DNA of 51,014 bases from Octopus bimaculoides. Lineage: Eukaryota. Positions 35,723 to 47,469 of this stretch are shown here, piece by piece; the stretch's first letter is position 1; each line of letters starts with the position of its first letter. The translations under genes were made by a program, and so were the position numbers. The notes below the pieces were generated by a model. It had not been told where the DNA came from. It saw only the letters and a program-made list of their open reading frames with translations, and did not search any database. The stretch covers positions 25,029,825 to 25,080,838 of the forward strand of contig NC_068999.1 in the NCBI RefSeq assembly GCF_001194135.2, read 5' to 3'.

Positions 35723-36690
35723 CACCCTGGATGGGACGCCAATCTGTTGCAGGAAATACTCATTTTTGTTAGCTGAGTGGACTGGAGCAACGTGAAATAA
35801 AGTGTTTAGTTCAAGAACGCAATGCATCGCCCGATCCAGGAATCGAAACCACAATCTTATAATCCTGAGTCCAACACTCTAACTACTAAGTCACGCGCCT
35901 CCACAAATGTAGCTTTAACCATACGATTTTGGTGCGCATTGTCTAGTTTATTGTCACTCGATACAGTGCTATCATGGTAAGTAAGACGAGTGACGCTATT
36001 TAGTATGTTTCCATCTATCAAGATATTGTAAGCCACCATATTTGATTGTGGTGATGGCTGATAAAGCAATTCATTTGTTTGGGTTTTTTTTTTGAAAAAT
36101 TGATTGGTAGGCCGAAGCCACGCGCAAAATCAGTAAATGCAGAAGTTTTTTTCTTGCTTGTCTGCATGTGAGTGTGCTACAAGTACAGTGTCACCTGCAA
36201 AGATTAGTTCACAAATTATATAGAGTTTTGTCTGTAACTTTGATTTCAGCCTGGACAGGTCAAGTAGTGAGCAACAGATCTTGTTAGTACTGATACACTC
36301 TTGTGTATTAAATGCATCCGCTGTAACTTCAGAAAGATACGTGCTCAAGAGGCCAACACACATCCCTGCTTAACGCCGTTTGTAACTTCGAACAGATCAA
36401 AGACTTAAATGTTCACACTCACCCTAGCATTGAAAACTCTTAACACTGAAAACTCTTAACAAGCTCAACGAACTTATCAGGACACCCATTATAACTCAAG
36501 ACCTGCCATAATCCCTCTGTGTTCACTGAATAAAATGCTTTCTTAAAATTAATGAAAGCAGCATACATTGTCATATTCTGTTCCATGCATTTCTCTTGAA
36601 TTCGACGAAGTATGCGAATAGTACTTCGATCATGCGAACAGTACTTCGTCCAGCTCTGACTCCGAAAATGGTCACAGGAGAAAGGAAGTC
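35160..36690 (-). pseudogene. Decayed RTE/BovB-type LINE RT and C-terminus, split by a SINE
   Basis: FGVRAGRST, ILRRIQEKCMEQN, GVKQGCV, LIFAGDTVLVAH, KATSAFERL and SGRPKL*FKD appear in the expected order. Confidence 0.8.
35604..35906 (-). mobile_element. tRNA-derived SINE, family C, with an 11-bp TSD
   Basis: Head GGAGGCGCGTGACTTAGTAGTTAG (A-box-like) and GGTTTCGATTCC (B-box-like). TSD ATGTAGCTTTA at 35593-35603 and 35907-35917. Confidence 0.85.
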
Positions 36691-36754
36691 AAACCCATGT
36701 GAGCAAAAAGGCAAATGTGTGTGTGTGTAGATATACAGACACCGGCAAACAGAC

Positions 36755-36756
36755 AA

Positions 36757-36820
<64 letters not shown>

Positions 36821-36925
36821 ACAAGGCAGACAGGCAAGCAGACAAGTAGGCAGACAGGCAGGCAGACAAGCAGGCAGAAAATCAAACAGACAGACTGGCA
36901 GACAGACTGACTGGCAGACAGACAC
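36755..36925. repeat. (GATA)n followed by a (GACA/GGCA)n tract
   Basis: Directly visible. Confidence 0.95.
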
Positions 36926-38289
36926 AGGAGAGCTGAGTCTAATTTCTTTTTGGCTCTAATTTCATTAATATATATATATAATTTATGTTAATGGTTTACA
37001 GTTCCTGAAATATTTTTACTATCTAGGGGCAGGTATTGGGCGTATAGAATTCTACTTCCTAATTCCCACCGTCCTCCACATCTCTTAAAGACATACATGG
37101 TATGCACCCCCTCAACCCCATCATTAGGAAATCTGTTATAATGTTGTCCGTTCACAGCCTCCTTGTGGAAGCCAACAGGGTGCGATTTGGTTTTAATTTT
37201 TATTACAATGACGCTTTTGAGTCTTCGGAGAACACTCGTACGTACGTATGTGTGTATGTATGTATGTACACTCACGCGCGCGTGCGCAAACACACAGATA
37301 CACACGCACTTGTATATCCTTTCAAAATGAAAAGAAATCTCTTTTGTCAGCGTTTATAGATATTCATTGATATTACTACTACAGGTTTCATAACTGAATC
37401 ATCAGATATTCGTGGTTCTGTCGATGGACGTGGAAGTGATAGAAAGCAGCCGGAGTAGTGTGCAAAGGAACAAGAGGAAGAACATGCACCGTACTTACAT
37501 TCATGCGTACATATATATATATGCACACACACGTAAGTACGTGCATACATGCATGTATACATGTATGCATACATGCATAAATACATACACATACATATAT
37601 ACATACATACACACACATACATACACATACATATATACATATATACATACATACACACACATACATACATACATACATACATACATACATAATACATGCA
37701 TGCATACATACATAAATACATACATACATAAATACATAATACATGCATGCATACATACATAAATACATACATACATACATGCATACATACATGCATACAT
37801 ACGTACGCACGTACGTATGTATGTATGTATGTATGTATGTACGTACAGTCAGACCAAACGGCTGTTGAAGAGTAGCATCCTGTTATTCAGACAGTAGCTA
37901 CTCAGCAGTAATGAAAGAAATGAGTACCTCACTTAACAGCGAAAATAACACCATCAGAGAAGGGTAATGAACTCATGAATATGTACGCCGAGTGTATAGC
38001 AGTTCTACGTAAGCCAAGATAGTTGGATTAACCTACTTAAACAGAAGTAGTACATGCGAACTAGTAGAAGAATAGAAACTTGGATGAGAAACGTCGTATT
38101 AGCTGAAACTTTTGCGGCAAACTTAGCATTGAAGAAAGACTATGAACCGGAGATAGCTACTAAATACCAGATCAGTAAGAGAGATAAGGATGCCGCTAGG
38201 CCTCCTCGATGTGAAAGAAAGTGATGATGATGATATACCAGCGTAGAAAATGTCGCCTACATCATCATCAATTATTCAAAACTATCCGC

Positions 38290-38680
38290 AATTACTACAT
38301 TTCTATGAAACGTATTGTGGATAGCATTTACAATGCTATCTGCTGGTAGGATAAACTTGACCGCCAGAACCAGTATGTATCCACGCCTGTCAAGATAAAG
38401 CATACTGGTGGAACATTCCAATATAAACAGTAACCCGATGCAAATATAAGAAGCCTGGTATTATTCCATGGGACTGGGAACAACGGTCATGCACCATTGC
38501 TGAAGTCAGCTGCTTAGCGAATATAAATATGTCATCTAAAACTGAATAAAAGAGAACGTCTGTACTAACTTAATGAGAAATTTATAGGCCTTGTGCCGGT
38601 GCTGAAGATTTTCTGTGTATCTATTACCATAAGTGCACTGGGTTGCTTAAAACAGATTTGCATCGAAACGCCGGAGTAAT
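38290..38680 (+). pseudogene. Third R4/Dong-like REL domain remnant
   Basis: DKAYWWNIPI*TVTRCKYKKPGIIPWDWEQRSCTIAEVSCLANINM...LMRNL, the same family motifs as 26575-27070. Confidence 0.65.
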
Positions 38681-39518
38681 CCAAGAAAAAGATAAAGTAA
38701 ACTGACTCGCGTCCTCTGAATACATTTTATTAGAGGTACAATGAAGATATGTAAAAGATTCAAAGAATCATCCATTCGCGGAATGAAAACATGTATACAT
38801 GTGCATGTGCAAATCATATAATGTCCATGCAATCTTTCTCTAAAAATAATGTGTTGTGAGATCCTGGCTGAGATTTGAACCATAGTTCTCAGATTTTCCT
38901 GATCTAGAACCACAAACTAATATACTCCATAACAAGAAAAGTATCATCATAAAATGTATTTGCACCTACGTAAATATGACTCAACCAATCAATACTGGCT
39001 GTTTTGTTATGGCTGAAGCGGAAAAGTTTCAAAAGAAGTAAGCAAATTTTCCCGCCAAACAATTTGGCTGAAAATTCTAGAAAGATGTTTAACAGGTATA
39101 AAAAGACTGACAAATTCAACTTCAAGCCAGGGTGCTGCTAAGCCACCGGCGGGAATCTATGTCGCTTGTTACAATGAGTTGTTTTCTCTTACCTCTTTCA
39201 CTTTTAAGTAACTTGTTTATATCGCAGTCGGCAAAAGGTACTAATCTTTCCTAATAAGTGCTAAGTAACACCATAATAATATGCAGTGATTAATTTCCTT
39301 GCACTAATTTATACATTATCCAATAAGTTACATAGAGAAGATTCGTAACCGTTGGGTTCGTTGAACGTTGTTTCAATAATTTATTTAATGTACATTTGTA
39401 AATATAACAATGCAGGTTTCATTCTCAGAAACATTCGCATACATACTTACACACACACGCGCACACACATACATGTTGTTTTTATCTGAGACTCACAAAT
39501 AGGAATGAATGAAAGATG

Positions 39519-40170
39519 AACATCAAAAAGTATAACGAATACGTTGACAGAGCTATTGAAACGGTACCCACACGTAACGGTAAATATTAAGAATGACACC
39601 AACTCCTGGAAACACTATTTTGAATCCCTATTTTCATGATGCGTTAGAGTAAAAGCTGTTTCAGACGTTTTGTATCGGTGAGTATGATAGGAAAAAGAAT
39701 TCAGAGATCACATGGCAGCATGAGGCAGAGAGAGATACGTGGACAGAGCTATTCCTTTCTTTCTTTCACTTTCTCTCTCTATTTAATTCACCTTCTATTT
39801 TCCTTAACAATCTACAGCAGCTTCTCTTTTTGTCTGTCTATCTCTCCCTCTCNNNNNNNNNNAACATCAAAAAGTATAACGAATACGTTGACAGAGCTAT
39901 TGAAACGGTACCCACACGTAACGGTAAATATTAAGAATGACACCAACTCCTGGAAACACTATTTTGAATCCCTATTTTCATGATGCGTTAGAGTAAAAGC
40001 TGTTTCAGACGTTTTGTATCGGTGAGTATGATAGGAAAAAGAATTCAGAGATCACATGGCAGCATGAGGCAGAGAGAGATACGTGGACAGAGCTATTCCT
40101 TTCTTTCTTTCACTTTCTCTCTCTATTTAATTCACCTTCTATTTTCCTTAACAATCTACAGCAGCTTCTC
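39519..40170 (+). repeat. Identical 308-bp direct duplication across a 10-N gap; probable assembly artefact
   Basis: 39519-39826 equals 39863-40170, with Ns at 39853-39862. Confidence 0.8.
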
Positions 40171-41725
40171 NNNNNNNNNNNNNNNNNNNNNNNNNNNNNN
40201 NNNNNNNNNNNNNNNNNNNNNNNNNNNNNNNNNNNNNNNNNNNNNNNNNNNNNNNNNNNNNNNNNNNNNNNNNNNNNNNNNNNNNNNNNNNNNNNNNNNN
40301 NNNNNNNNNNNNNNNNNNNNNNNNNNNNNNNNNNNNNNNNNNNNNNNNNNNNNNNNNNNNNNNNNNNNNNNNNNNNNNNNNNNNNNNNNNNNNNNNNNNN
40401 NNNNNNNNNNNNNNNNNNNNNNNNNNNNNNNNNNNNNNNNNNNNNNNNNNNNNNNNNNNNNNNNNNNNNNNNNNNNNNNNNNNNNNNNNNNNNNNNNNNN
40501 NNNNNNNNNNNNNNNNNNNNNNNNNNNNNNNNNNNNNNNNNNNNNNNNNNNNNNNNNNNNNNNNNNNNNNNNNNNNNNNNNNNNNNNNNNNNNNNNNNNN
40601 NNNNNNNNNNNNNNNNNNNNNNNNNNNNNNNNNNNNNNNNNNNNNNNNNNNNNNNNNNNNNNNNNNNNNNNNNNNNNNNNNNNNNNNNNNNNNNNNNNNN
40701 NNNNNNNNNNNNNNNNNNNNNNNNNNNNNNNNNNNNNNNNNNNNNNNNNNNNNNNNNNNNNNNNNNNNNNNNNNNNNNNNNNNNNNNNNNNNNNNNNNNN
40801 NNNNNNNNNNNNNNNNNNNNNNNNNNNNNNNNNNNNNNNNNNNNNNNNNNNNNNNNNNNNNNNNNNNNNNNNNNNNNNNNNNNNNNNNNNNNNNNNNNNN
40901 NNNNNNNNNNNNNNNNNNNNNNNNNNNNNNNNNNNNNNNNNNNNNNNNNNNNNNNNNNNNNNNNNNNNNNNNNNNNNNNNNNNNNNNNNNNNNNNNNNNN
41001 NNNNNNNNNNNNNNNNNNNNNNNNNNNNNNNNNNNNNNNNNNNNNAAAGCTAACACGTTTCACGGTGAAATAATGGTATTTTGTATTCAATATCAACAAA
41101 GCACAGAAATCTTTAAAATTTTCTGTTTTCACAGTTGAGTTACTAAAAAAATAATTAAATAAAAGGTAAATTTTCATTGCGATTCATTCAATATCAAGTT
41201 CGAGTTTACCAGAAGCACGTTGAACGGTGTTGTGAGAGATGCGAATAAAGCAAGCAGCCGACATCTTTAATTTTATCATTCAAAATACTGTTCACTTTAT
41301 GAAACTGTTTTCCTGACCGTAACAATTGATTCCTCCAAAATTCAAGTTACCATTGTCTATTCTAAAAGCTATACATCGTTTTTTTTTTTTTTTTTTTTTA
41401 GATATTTCATTATCGTTCAAGCATTTCTTTATATAGACAGCTGTAGTTTCTGATCATTCATTCAGCATAGTATTCAATGCTAAAATTTTATTTGCTTTAC
41501 TTTTTTCAATACAAAAATGCAATAATAAAGTAAAAACATTTTCTGCTTTATGATTGCTCGTCCCAATCGAGATATATTGATTGAAAAAAATGAAGTAACA
41601 TTGTTCTAGGTAACTTTTAACCAGTTGTGAATTTGGAATAACTTCTACAAATAATCAGTATTTCTAAAGCTTCGATGGTATTTCATAGGTCGTTGTTAAG
41701 TCAGATATAGTTAGTTCAGTGATTC

Positions 41726-42109
41726 TAGTGGTTCCCAACCGGGATCCATATGACCCCTGGGGGTCCCACAGTAATACTTTAATGATCTATAAAATATTCT
41801 GATTTAAATGTATGTATGGCAGGAAACAGCTAAGTTTCTTTCTCTAACGTTTTACATAGTTCAACCTACACAAGTAAATGTGTAAAAAACAAAATAGAAA
41901 CTTTGAAAGAAGTATGTATAAAATTAGTTGGTTAATGTTTACAAGTACACCGGCACGAATAAAGAAAAAAAAAAAGGTTGATTTTTTCGTGCCGGTGTAC
42001 TTGTAAACATTAACCAATTAGTTTTTAAGCGTCAAATGGTTATGTGGGTCCACTAGAATAAAATAGTAATCAAAGGGCTCCATACGTAAAAAATGGTTGA
42101 GTACCGCTG
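41726..42109. mobile_element. Old hAT-type MITE hosting a nested element
   Basis: TAGTGGTTCCCAACC and GGTTGAGTACCGCTG form an inverted match of 11/15. The 8-bp flanks are only partly similar (AGTGATTC / AGTTAGTT). Confidence 0.55.
41930..42015. mobile_element. 86-bp micro-MITE with perfect 30-bp TIRs and an 8-bp TSD; Merlin-type signature
   Basis: TIR GGTTAATGTTTACAAGTACACCGGCACGAA at 41930-41959 and its reverse complement at 41986-42015. TSD AATTAGTT at 41922-41929 and 42016-42023. Confidence 0.88.
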
Positions 42110-43518
42110 AGTTAGTTGGTCATGTTCAGAAAAAAAACTTTTTTGAAAAACAAAATCTGTAATTTTGAAAATGAAATATTCGTTAGGAAGGTTTTGCCTT
42201 TGAAGAAATATCATTCTTACTGTCTGATTTCACACTATNNNNNNNNNNNNNNNNNNNNNNNNNNNNNNNNNNNNNNNNNNNNNNNNNNNNNNNNNNNNNN
42301 NNNNNNNNNNNNNNNNNNNNNNNNNNNNNNNNNNNNNNNNNNNNNNNNNNNNNNNNNNNNNNNNNNNNNNNNNNNNNNNNNNNNNNNNNNNNNNNNNNNN
42401 NNNNNNNNNNNNNNNNNNNNNNNNNNNNNNNNNNNNNNNNNNNNNNNNNNNNNNNNNNNNNNNNNNNNNNNNNNNNNNNNNNNNNNNNNNNNNNNNNNNN
42501 NNNNNNNNNNNNNNNNNNNNNNNNNNNNNNNNNNNNNNNNNNNNNNNNNNNNNNNNNNNNNNNNNNNNNNNNNNNNNNNNNNNNNNNNNNNNNNNNNNNN
42601 NNNNNNNNNNNNNNNNNNNNNNNNNNNNNNNNNNNNNNNNNNNNNNNNNNNNNNNNNNNNNNNNNNNNNNNNNNNNNNNNNNNNNNNNNNNNNNNNNNNN
42701 NNNNNNNNNNNNNNNNNNNNNNNNNNNNNNNNNNNNNNNNNNNNNNNNNNNNNNNNNNNNNNNNNNNNNNNNNNNNNNNNNNNNNNNNNNNNNNNNNNNN
42801 NNNNNNNNNNNNNNNNNNNNNNNNNNNNNNNNNNNNNNNNNNNNNNNNNNNNNNNNNNNNNNNNNNNNNNNNNNNNNNNNNNNNNNNNNNNNNNNNNNNN
42901 NNNNNNNNNNNNNNNNNNNNNNNNNNNNNNNNNNNNNNNNNNNNNNNNNNNNNNNNNNNNNNNNNNNNNNNNNNNNNNNNNNNNNNNNNNNNNNNNNNNN
43001 NNNNNNNNNNNNNNAAACGAAACAAATCACCGCCAGAAAACATTTTTCCGGGAACTATTATTTAAAAACCGGGACGAATTCCATAAGACCGGCACAACCG
43101 GCCACCTTAATATATCCAGGCGCACGTGTGTACTAAAGAAATATACACACCCATTACACAAGGACAGGCATATCCATGCATGTACCTAATTACATACACA
43201 AACACACACGCACACACGCACACGCACATACGCACACACACACACACACACACACTAAGCTGTACACATGTTCACACACCCCAAGAACTGACTTGACTCA
43301 ATCGTTATTATTGACCGGCTCGACTTTTCAAGAACTTAGATTTCAAAAGAAAACTTGCATGCATGCACTTCTACATACATACCCACGCATACACACACAC
43401 ACACACACATACATACATACATACATACATACATACATACATACATACATACATACATACATGCATACATACATACATACACGCATGCATACATACATAT
43501 ATGCATGCAAACATACAT

Positions 43519-43638
43519 GGGCAGAGTCGTTAGCAAATGCAGTGTCGTCTTTTTTTTGTTAACTCTCTTCGTTCTGATTTCAAATCCGGTCGAGGTCAAT
43601 TTAGCCTTTCGTTTTTTCGGGGTTAATAAAAAGTATTA
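43519..43638 (+). mobile_element. SINE family B fragment
   Basis: GGCAGAGTCGTTAGC...TTCAAATCCGGTCGAGGTCAATTTAGCCTTTC. Confidence 0.55.
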
Positions 43639-43959
43639 ATCTGAAACCATGGACAGGCGGAACTGTAAGAATATTGGACTAGACACCACGCGGTATCTGT
43701 CCTGCTTTTTTGCGTTCAAAGTTCGAATCCCACCATGGTCAACATGGATGGCAGTCTTAACCGACGCTCAGCTTTACACCACCACCTGGCACTCTGGGTG
43801 CCTTTAGAGGAGTCTACCCAGTTGCAAACATCCGGATCAAGTTTCCGGTTTGAGGACAACTTCCTCCTTCCCTCCCATCAATCTAAGAATCCCTTTAACG
43901 GGTCATGGGCACTACCTCGCCTCCTAAAAGATGAAAAATGTATGTAATTGGAATGTGTG

Positions 43960-44049
<90 letters not shown>

Positions 44050-44909
44050 ATGAAGGAGACCGACTGACACACTTCACATAGAAACATACAGAATTACACT
44101 GATACATAAAAACTTAAAACCAAACACGTATGTGGACTTGTGAAGTTAATCACACAATGAAAAATATATTTTTACTTTATTTAAGAAATATCTAGAAAAT
44201 ATTATCAAACATTTTCATAACAAAGTTATGATTTATTAAAATACTTACCAAGGTTATTGCCATATTTTCTTGACATACCTATATGTTGAGTAACCTTTAT
44301 TTCGAGTTCGTAAATTTTATGTCTTTATGTCACGTCCTCTTTACAGTCACTCAATTGTTTACAATAAAATATCGTATGTGAATATATCGAGAATGAAGTA
44401 TGTTTCTGTTTGGAATCTTCGGATTTCCAATCCTGGAACTGCCTGGTTAAAAGTTCATACTGCCAAGGAACACAACCGTACACCTTGTAAATATGGTATG
44501 ATACCAATCAGCATGCTATAGAAAGTGTTTAAGAACTCAATGGTACATAAAACATCCCTACAAACACCCAAACCAAGGTGAAGATGATAGTGACTTCACA
44601 CTAGCCTTCAGACGTTTGGGTGAGCCCCCAGGCGCATATATTCTCTATCCTCTGATTACGACGAAAGAAACTGAAAATTGTTTGAAACGAAGGCCCCGAA
44701 GGAAACGTTATGAACATTGTGACGTCATAATGACAAAATGGAAAACTTTTTGATCTTAATTTCACACATACACACACAAACATGTACACACATATACGAA
44801 CATAAACGCGCATATATATATATATANNNNNNNNNNNNNNNNNNNNNNNNNNNNNNNNNNNNNNNNNNNNNNNNNNNNNNNNNNNNNNNNNNNNNNNNNN
44901 NNNNNNNNN

Positions 44910-45140
44910 GTTTTCCTGTCTTGTTTTTTGTCCGCCACAACATTCCTCCATGGCAAGATTTTATTTGTGTATACAAATTTAATTTGCGGTCCATGGGAAG
45001 AGCTGTTTTAACGATGCGTCCTGCCTAGCTCTTCGAAACGCCGGTGTTAAAACGAAGGTAGCTGATGAAGTAGAATGTTCTCTATGTGGCTTGTGTGTTT
45101 TCTCGTCTCTGTTTTGTTTGCAATGTCCTGTACCCAGATA
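44910..45140 (+). repeat. Diverged relative of the GAAA...CTGATGA repeat
   Basis: CGAAA (45034-45038) and CTGATGA (45062-45068). Ends GTCCTGTACCCAGATATGC like 25369 and 26240. Confidence 0.6.
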
Positions 45141-45319
45141 TGCACCTATACATACAGGTGGATGTCGGTATGCACATACCTGTACGTATATATGCATATA
45201 CTCATTTACTATTTATATATATATATATATATACATACACACACTTATACATTATGCTCATACATACATATATACACACATACATACATTATATGCAAAC
45301 AACTTGCAGCTACAAGTGA

Positions 45320-45810
45320 CACCAGTTGAAAGTTCTGCTTACTGGATACTAGCAGGCGTATGAAGTCATCAGGAGAGAATGCGCGCCATTTCAAGACCTT
45401 CCTCTAAATGGCATTATTGCTCACCTCCCCTCCCCCGTCACTGAGATAGGGCCCTGCTTGCTAGTTCAACCGGTCACTAGGCTCCACTCAATATTTTTCT
45501 AGCCATTGCTCACCATCTCTTCTTAACCAAATCCAATGGCTTGCCTTCTCCACTGTGGCCTAGATATTCCTCATGATGGTATTTGCCTTGCGACGAGTAA
45601 GCCTAACGACCACAAGCATTGCCTCATACTGTTTCCAACTTCGATTGGATAATGTTCTGCTTTCCAGCGTGTGTTCTTACAATCCTCTAGGAGACGTTCA
45701 TAAGGGTCGGCCTTTCGTGTCCAAGTGGCGTCCATATTACCTTTGTAAAGGTTTGATAGTTGTCATAGAGACTTTAGTCTCTCTCTATCACCTTTCAACA
45801 GCATTATAAA
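45320..45810 (-). pseudogene. HERO-type RLE LINE C-terminus and 3' UTR remnant
   Basis: RKADPYERLLEDCKNTRWKAEHYPIEVG...LWSLGL...EKASHWIWLRR matches my recollection of the HERO-clade C-terminal pattern (IEVG...AS.WIW..R). Confidence 0.65.
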
Positions 45811-46059
45811 TGAAGAGACATTAGAACAATTAACAATATAATAAAAAGGTTTATTTATGATGATGCTTGGTTTCACAATCCCTGTCATTCAGCTTAGCAA
45901 CCGCTGATTAAATTGTAGTTGGTATTGGAAGGTTAAGGGCTTCCTTGATGCCTACCAGAGAACAGTGTAAAAGTGCTTCGTGGAGGAGCGAGGTGTTGTC
46001 ACGTAGAAGGTCTCAGCTCAACTCGCTTAACAAAGTGAAACTCTTTCTTTAAGTACGAG

Positions 46060-46150
46060 TTTTACTACGCATGCGCAACTCGAGAGGCTTCCGGTGGTGA
46101 AGTCCCCTACGCATGCGCAGAATAGTACTTCCTCAATGGCGGCTATAATT
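46060..46150. promoter_or_regulatory. Candidate housekeeping-type promoter: two NRF1-like sites, one ETS site and one YY1-like site
   Basis: CTACGCATGCGCA at 46065-46077 and 46107-46119, CTTCCGGT at 46088-46095 and CAATGGCGGC at 46134-46143, in locally CpG-rich, non-repetitive sequence. Confidence 0.6.
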
Positions 46151-46552
46151 TCGCGCCACTACACCTTCATGAGGAACCGTTAACTCGACTAGATTTGCTA
46201 CCTTTTTTTCTTCACACCATATGATAATATATCTGGTTTCTTCGTAACTGAAACGGGGAAGAATCATTTTTATCTCCGTGAATTTGCTGCTACTTCGTAA
46301 TAACCGTTCTACTTTTCGTCGTTTACAGGAAGATTATTCAAACGGATTTAATGTCCTGAACGCACGAAGGCAAGCAAGTCTCAGGCTGGTTTCTTCTGTG
46401 GTTTCTTGTCACTATTGATTAGAGAAGTTTGTTCTTTGCCGCATTGAAGAGGATCTTAAGAACCAGATGGTGTCTCCAGTTATATCTATTCAATGCTAGT
46501 GATTAGTTGGAATGTTCACATGTATGTACGCATATCTATTCATATCTACACC

Positions 46553-46603
<51 letters not shown>

Positions 46604-46959
46604 GTCCTCTTCCTTTTCTCTACCTTTTCCACCTTCTCTCTTCCTCTCTCCCTCTCTCTCATACACGTTCAGACCCTAAATGTGTGTTTATGTGTATATT
46701 GTAATTTTAACAAGCAGCATAAATTTGCTTTCACTATGAAAATAAAGAACTTTGTTGCCAGCAGCTCTAATAGCTCCCAGAGTGTGTCATCTTGTCAAAG
46801 GCCTTGGAGCAGTTCGTTTCCTGGATTCATAGACAAGAATCGAAATCTTAGTCTAGATTTTTCTGTAAGCTCCTTTCTGTTGTTCTCGTTCTTAACACAT
46901 ACACGACTATGAGAGTCAACTTTCATACTTGGATAAGTTCTCTTCTTTAACTTAAGATC

Positions 46960-47230
46960 TTAGCCTTCTCAGGTCACGATGGCCAGGTATGGTGGTTTAC
47001 TTATGGCTAAGTATTTCTCCAGCAGTTGTTTCGCCAAAAAGATTGCATCTGTGTCACATCTTCCAAATATAAAACCAAAGTGAATCTCTTCAGGGCTAAC
47101 ACTACTCCTGATCAATTGTGCTATGACCTTCTCCATGATCTCCATAGCCTGCTCCATTAATTTGTTGCCTCTGTAACTCTTTCTTGTATATCTCCTTTTC
47201 CATTTTAGCAGTTTACAGGATAATACCACA
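46960..47230 (-). pseudogene. RTE RT fragment
   Basis: YRGNKLMEQAMEIMEKVIAQLIR...FGFIFGR.DTDAIFLAKQLLEKY, homologous to 11000-11170. Confidence 0.85.
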
Positions 47231-47469
47231 TCAGTTATTGGGTATGATACCTTTCCTGTACTATTTGATTAACAATTCGGGTATCTATAAATATCTTATC
47301 TTACTTGAAATTTTTAATATTTTATTCGCTGTATTGCGTGTTCGTTTCTTTTTTGCATCTGTTATTTTATTATTGATTTTCTAAATAAATAAAGCTATAT
47401 CCTTTAAATTGCTGCTTTTCTTTGCACGAAATAAGATACATTGTGGAACTGTTATTTTAACGAATTATA

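Noticed and set aside
36990-37240. Possible exon (acceptor at about 37000, donor at about 37099) and open frames on both strands
   Set aside because: The peptides are not recognisable and such splice-like motifs are common by chance.
39519-40170. 308-bp tandem duplication
   Set aside because: The copies are identical and separated by a 10-N placeholder next to a CT tract, which is typical of an unmerged contig overlap.
40022-43189. Several ORFs of 260-357 aa
   Set aside because: They consist almost entirely of N-gap codons.
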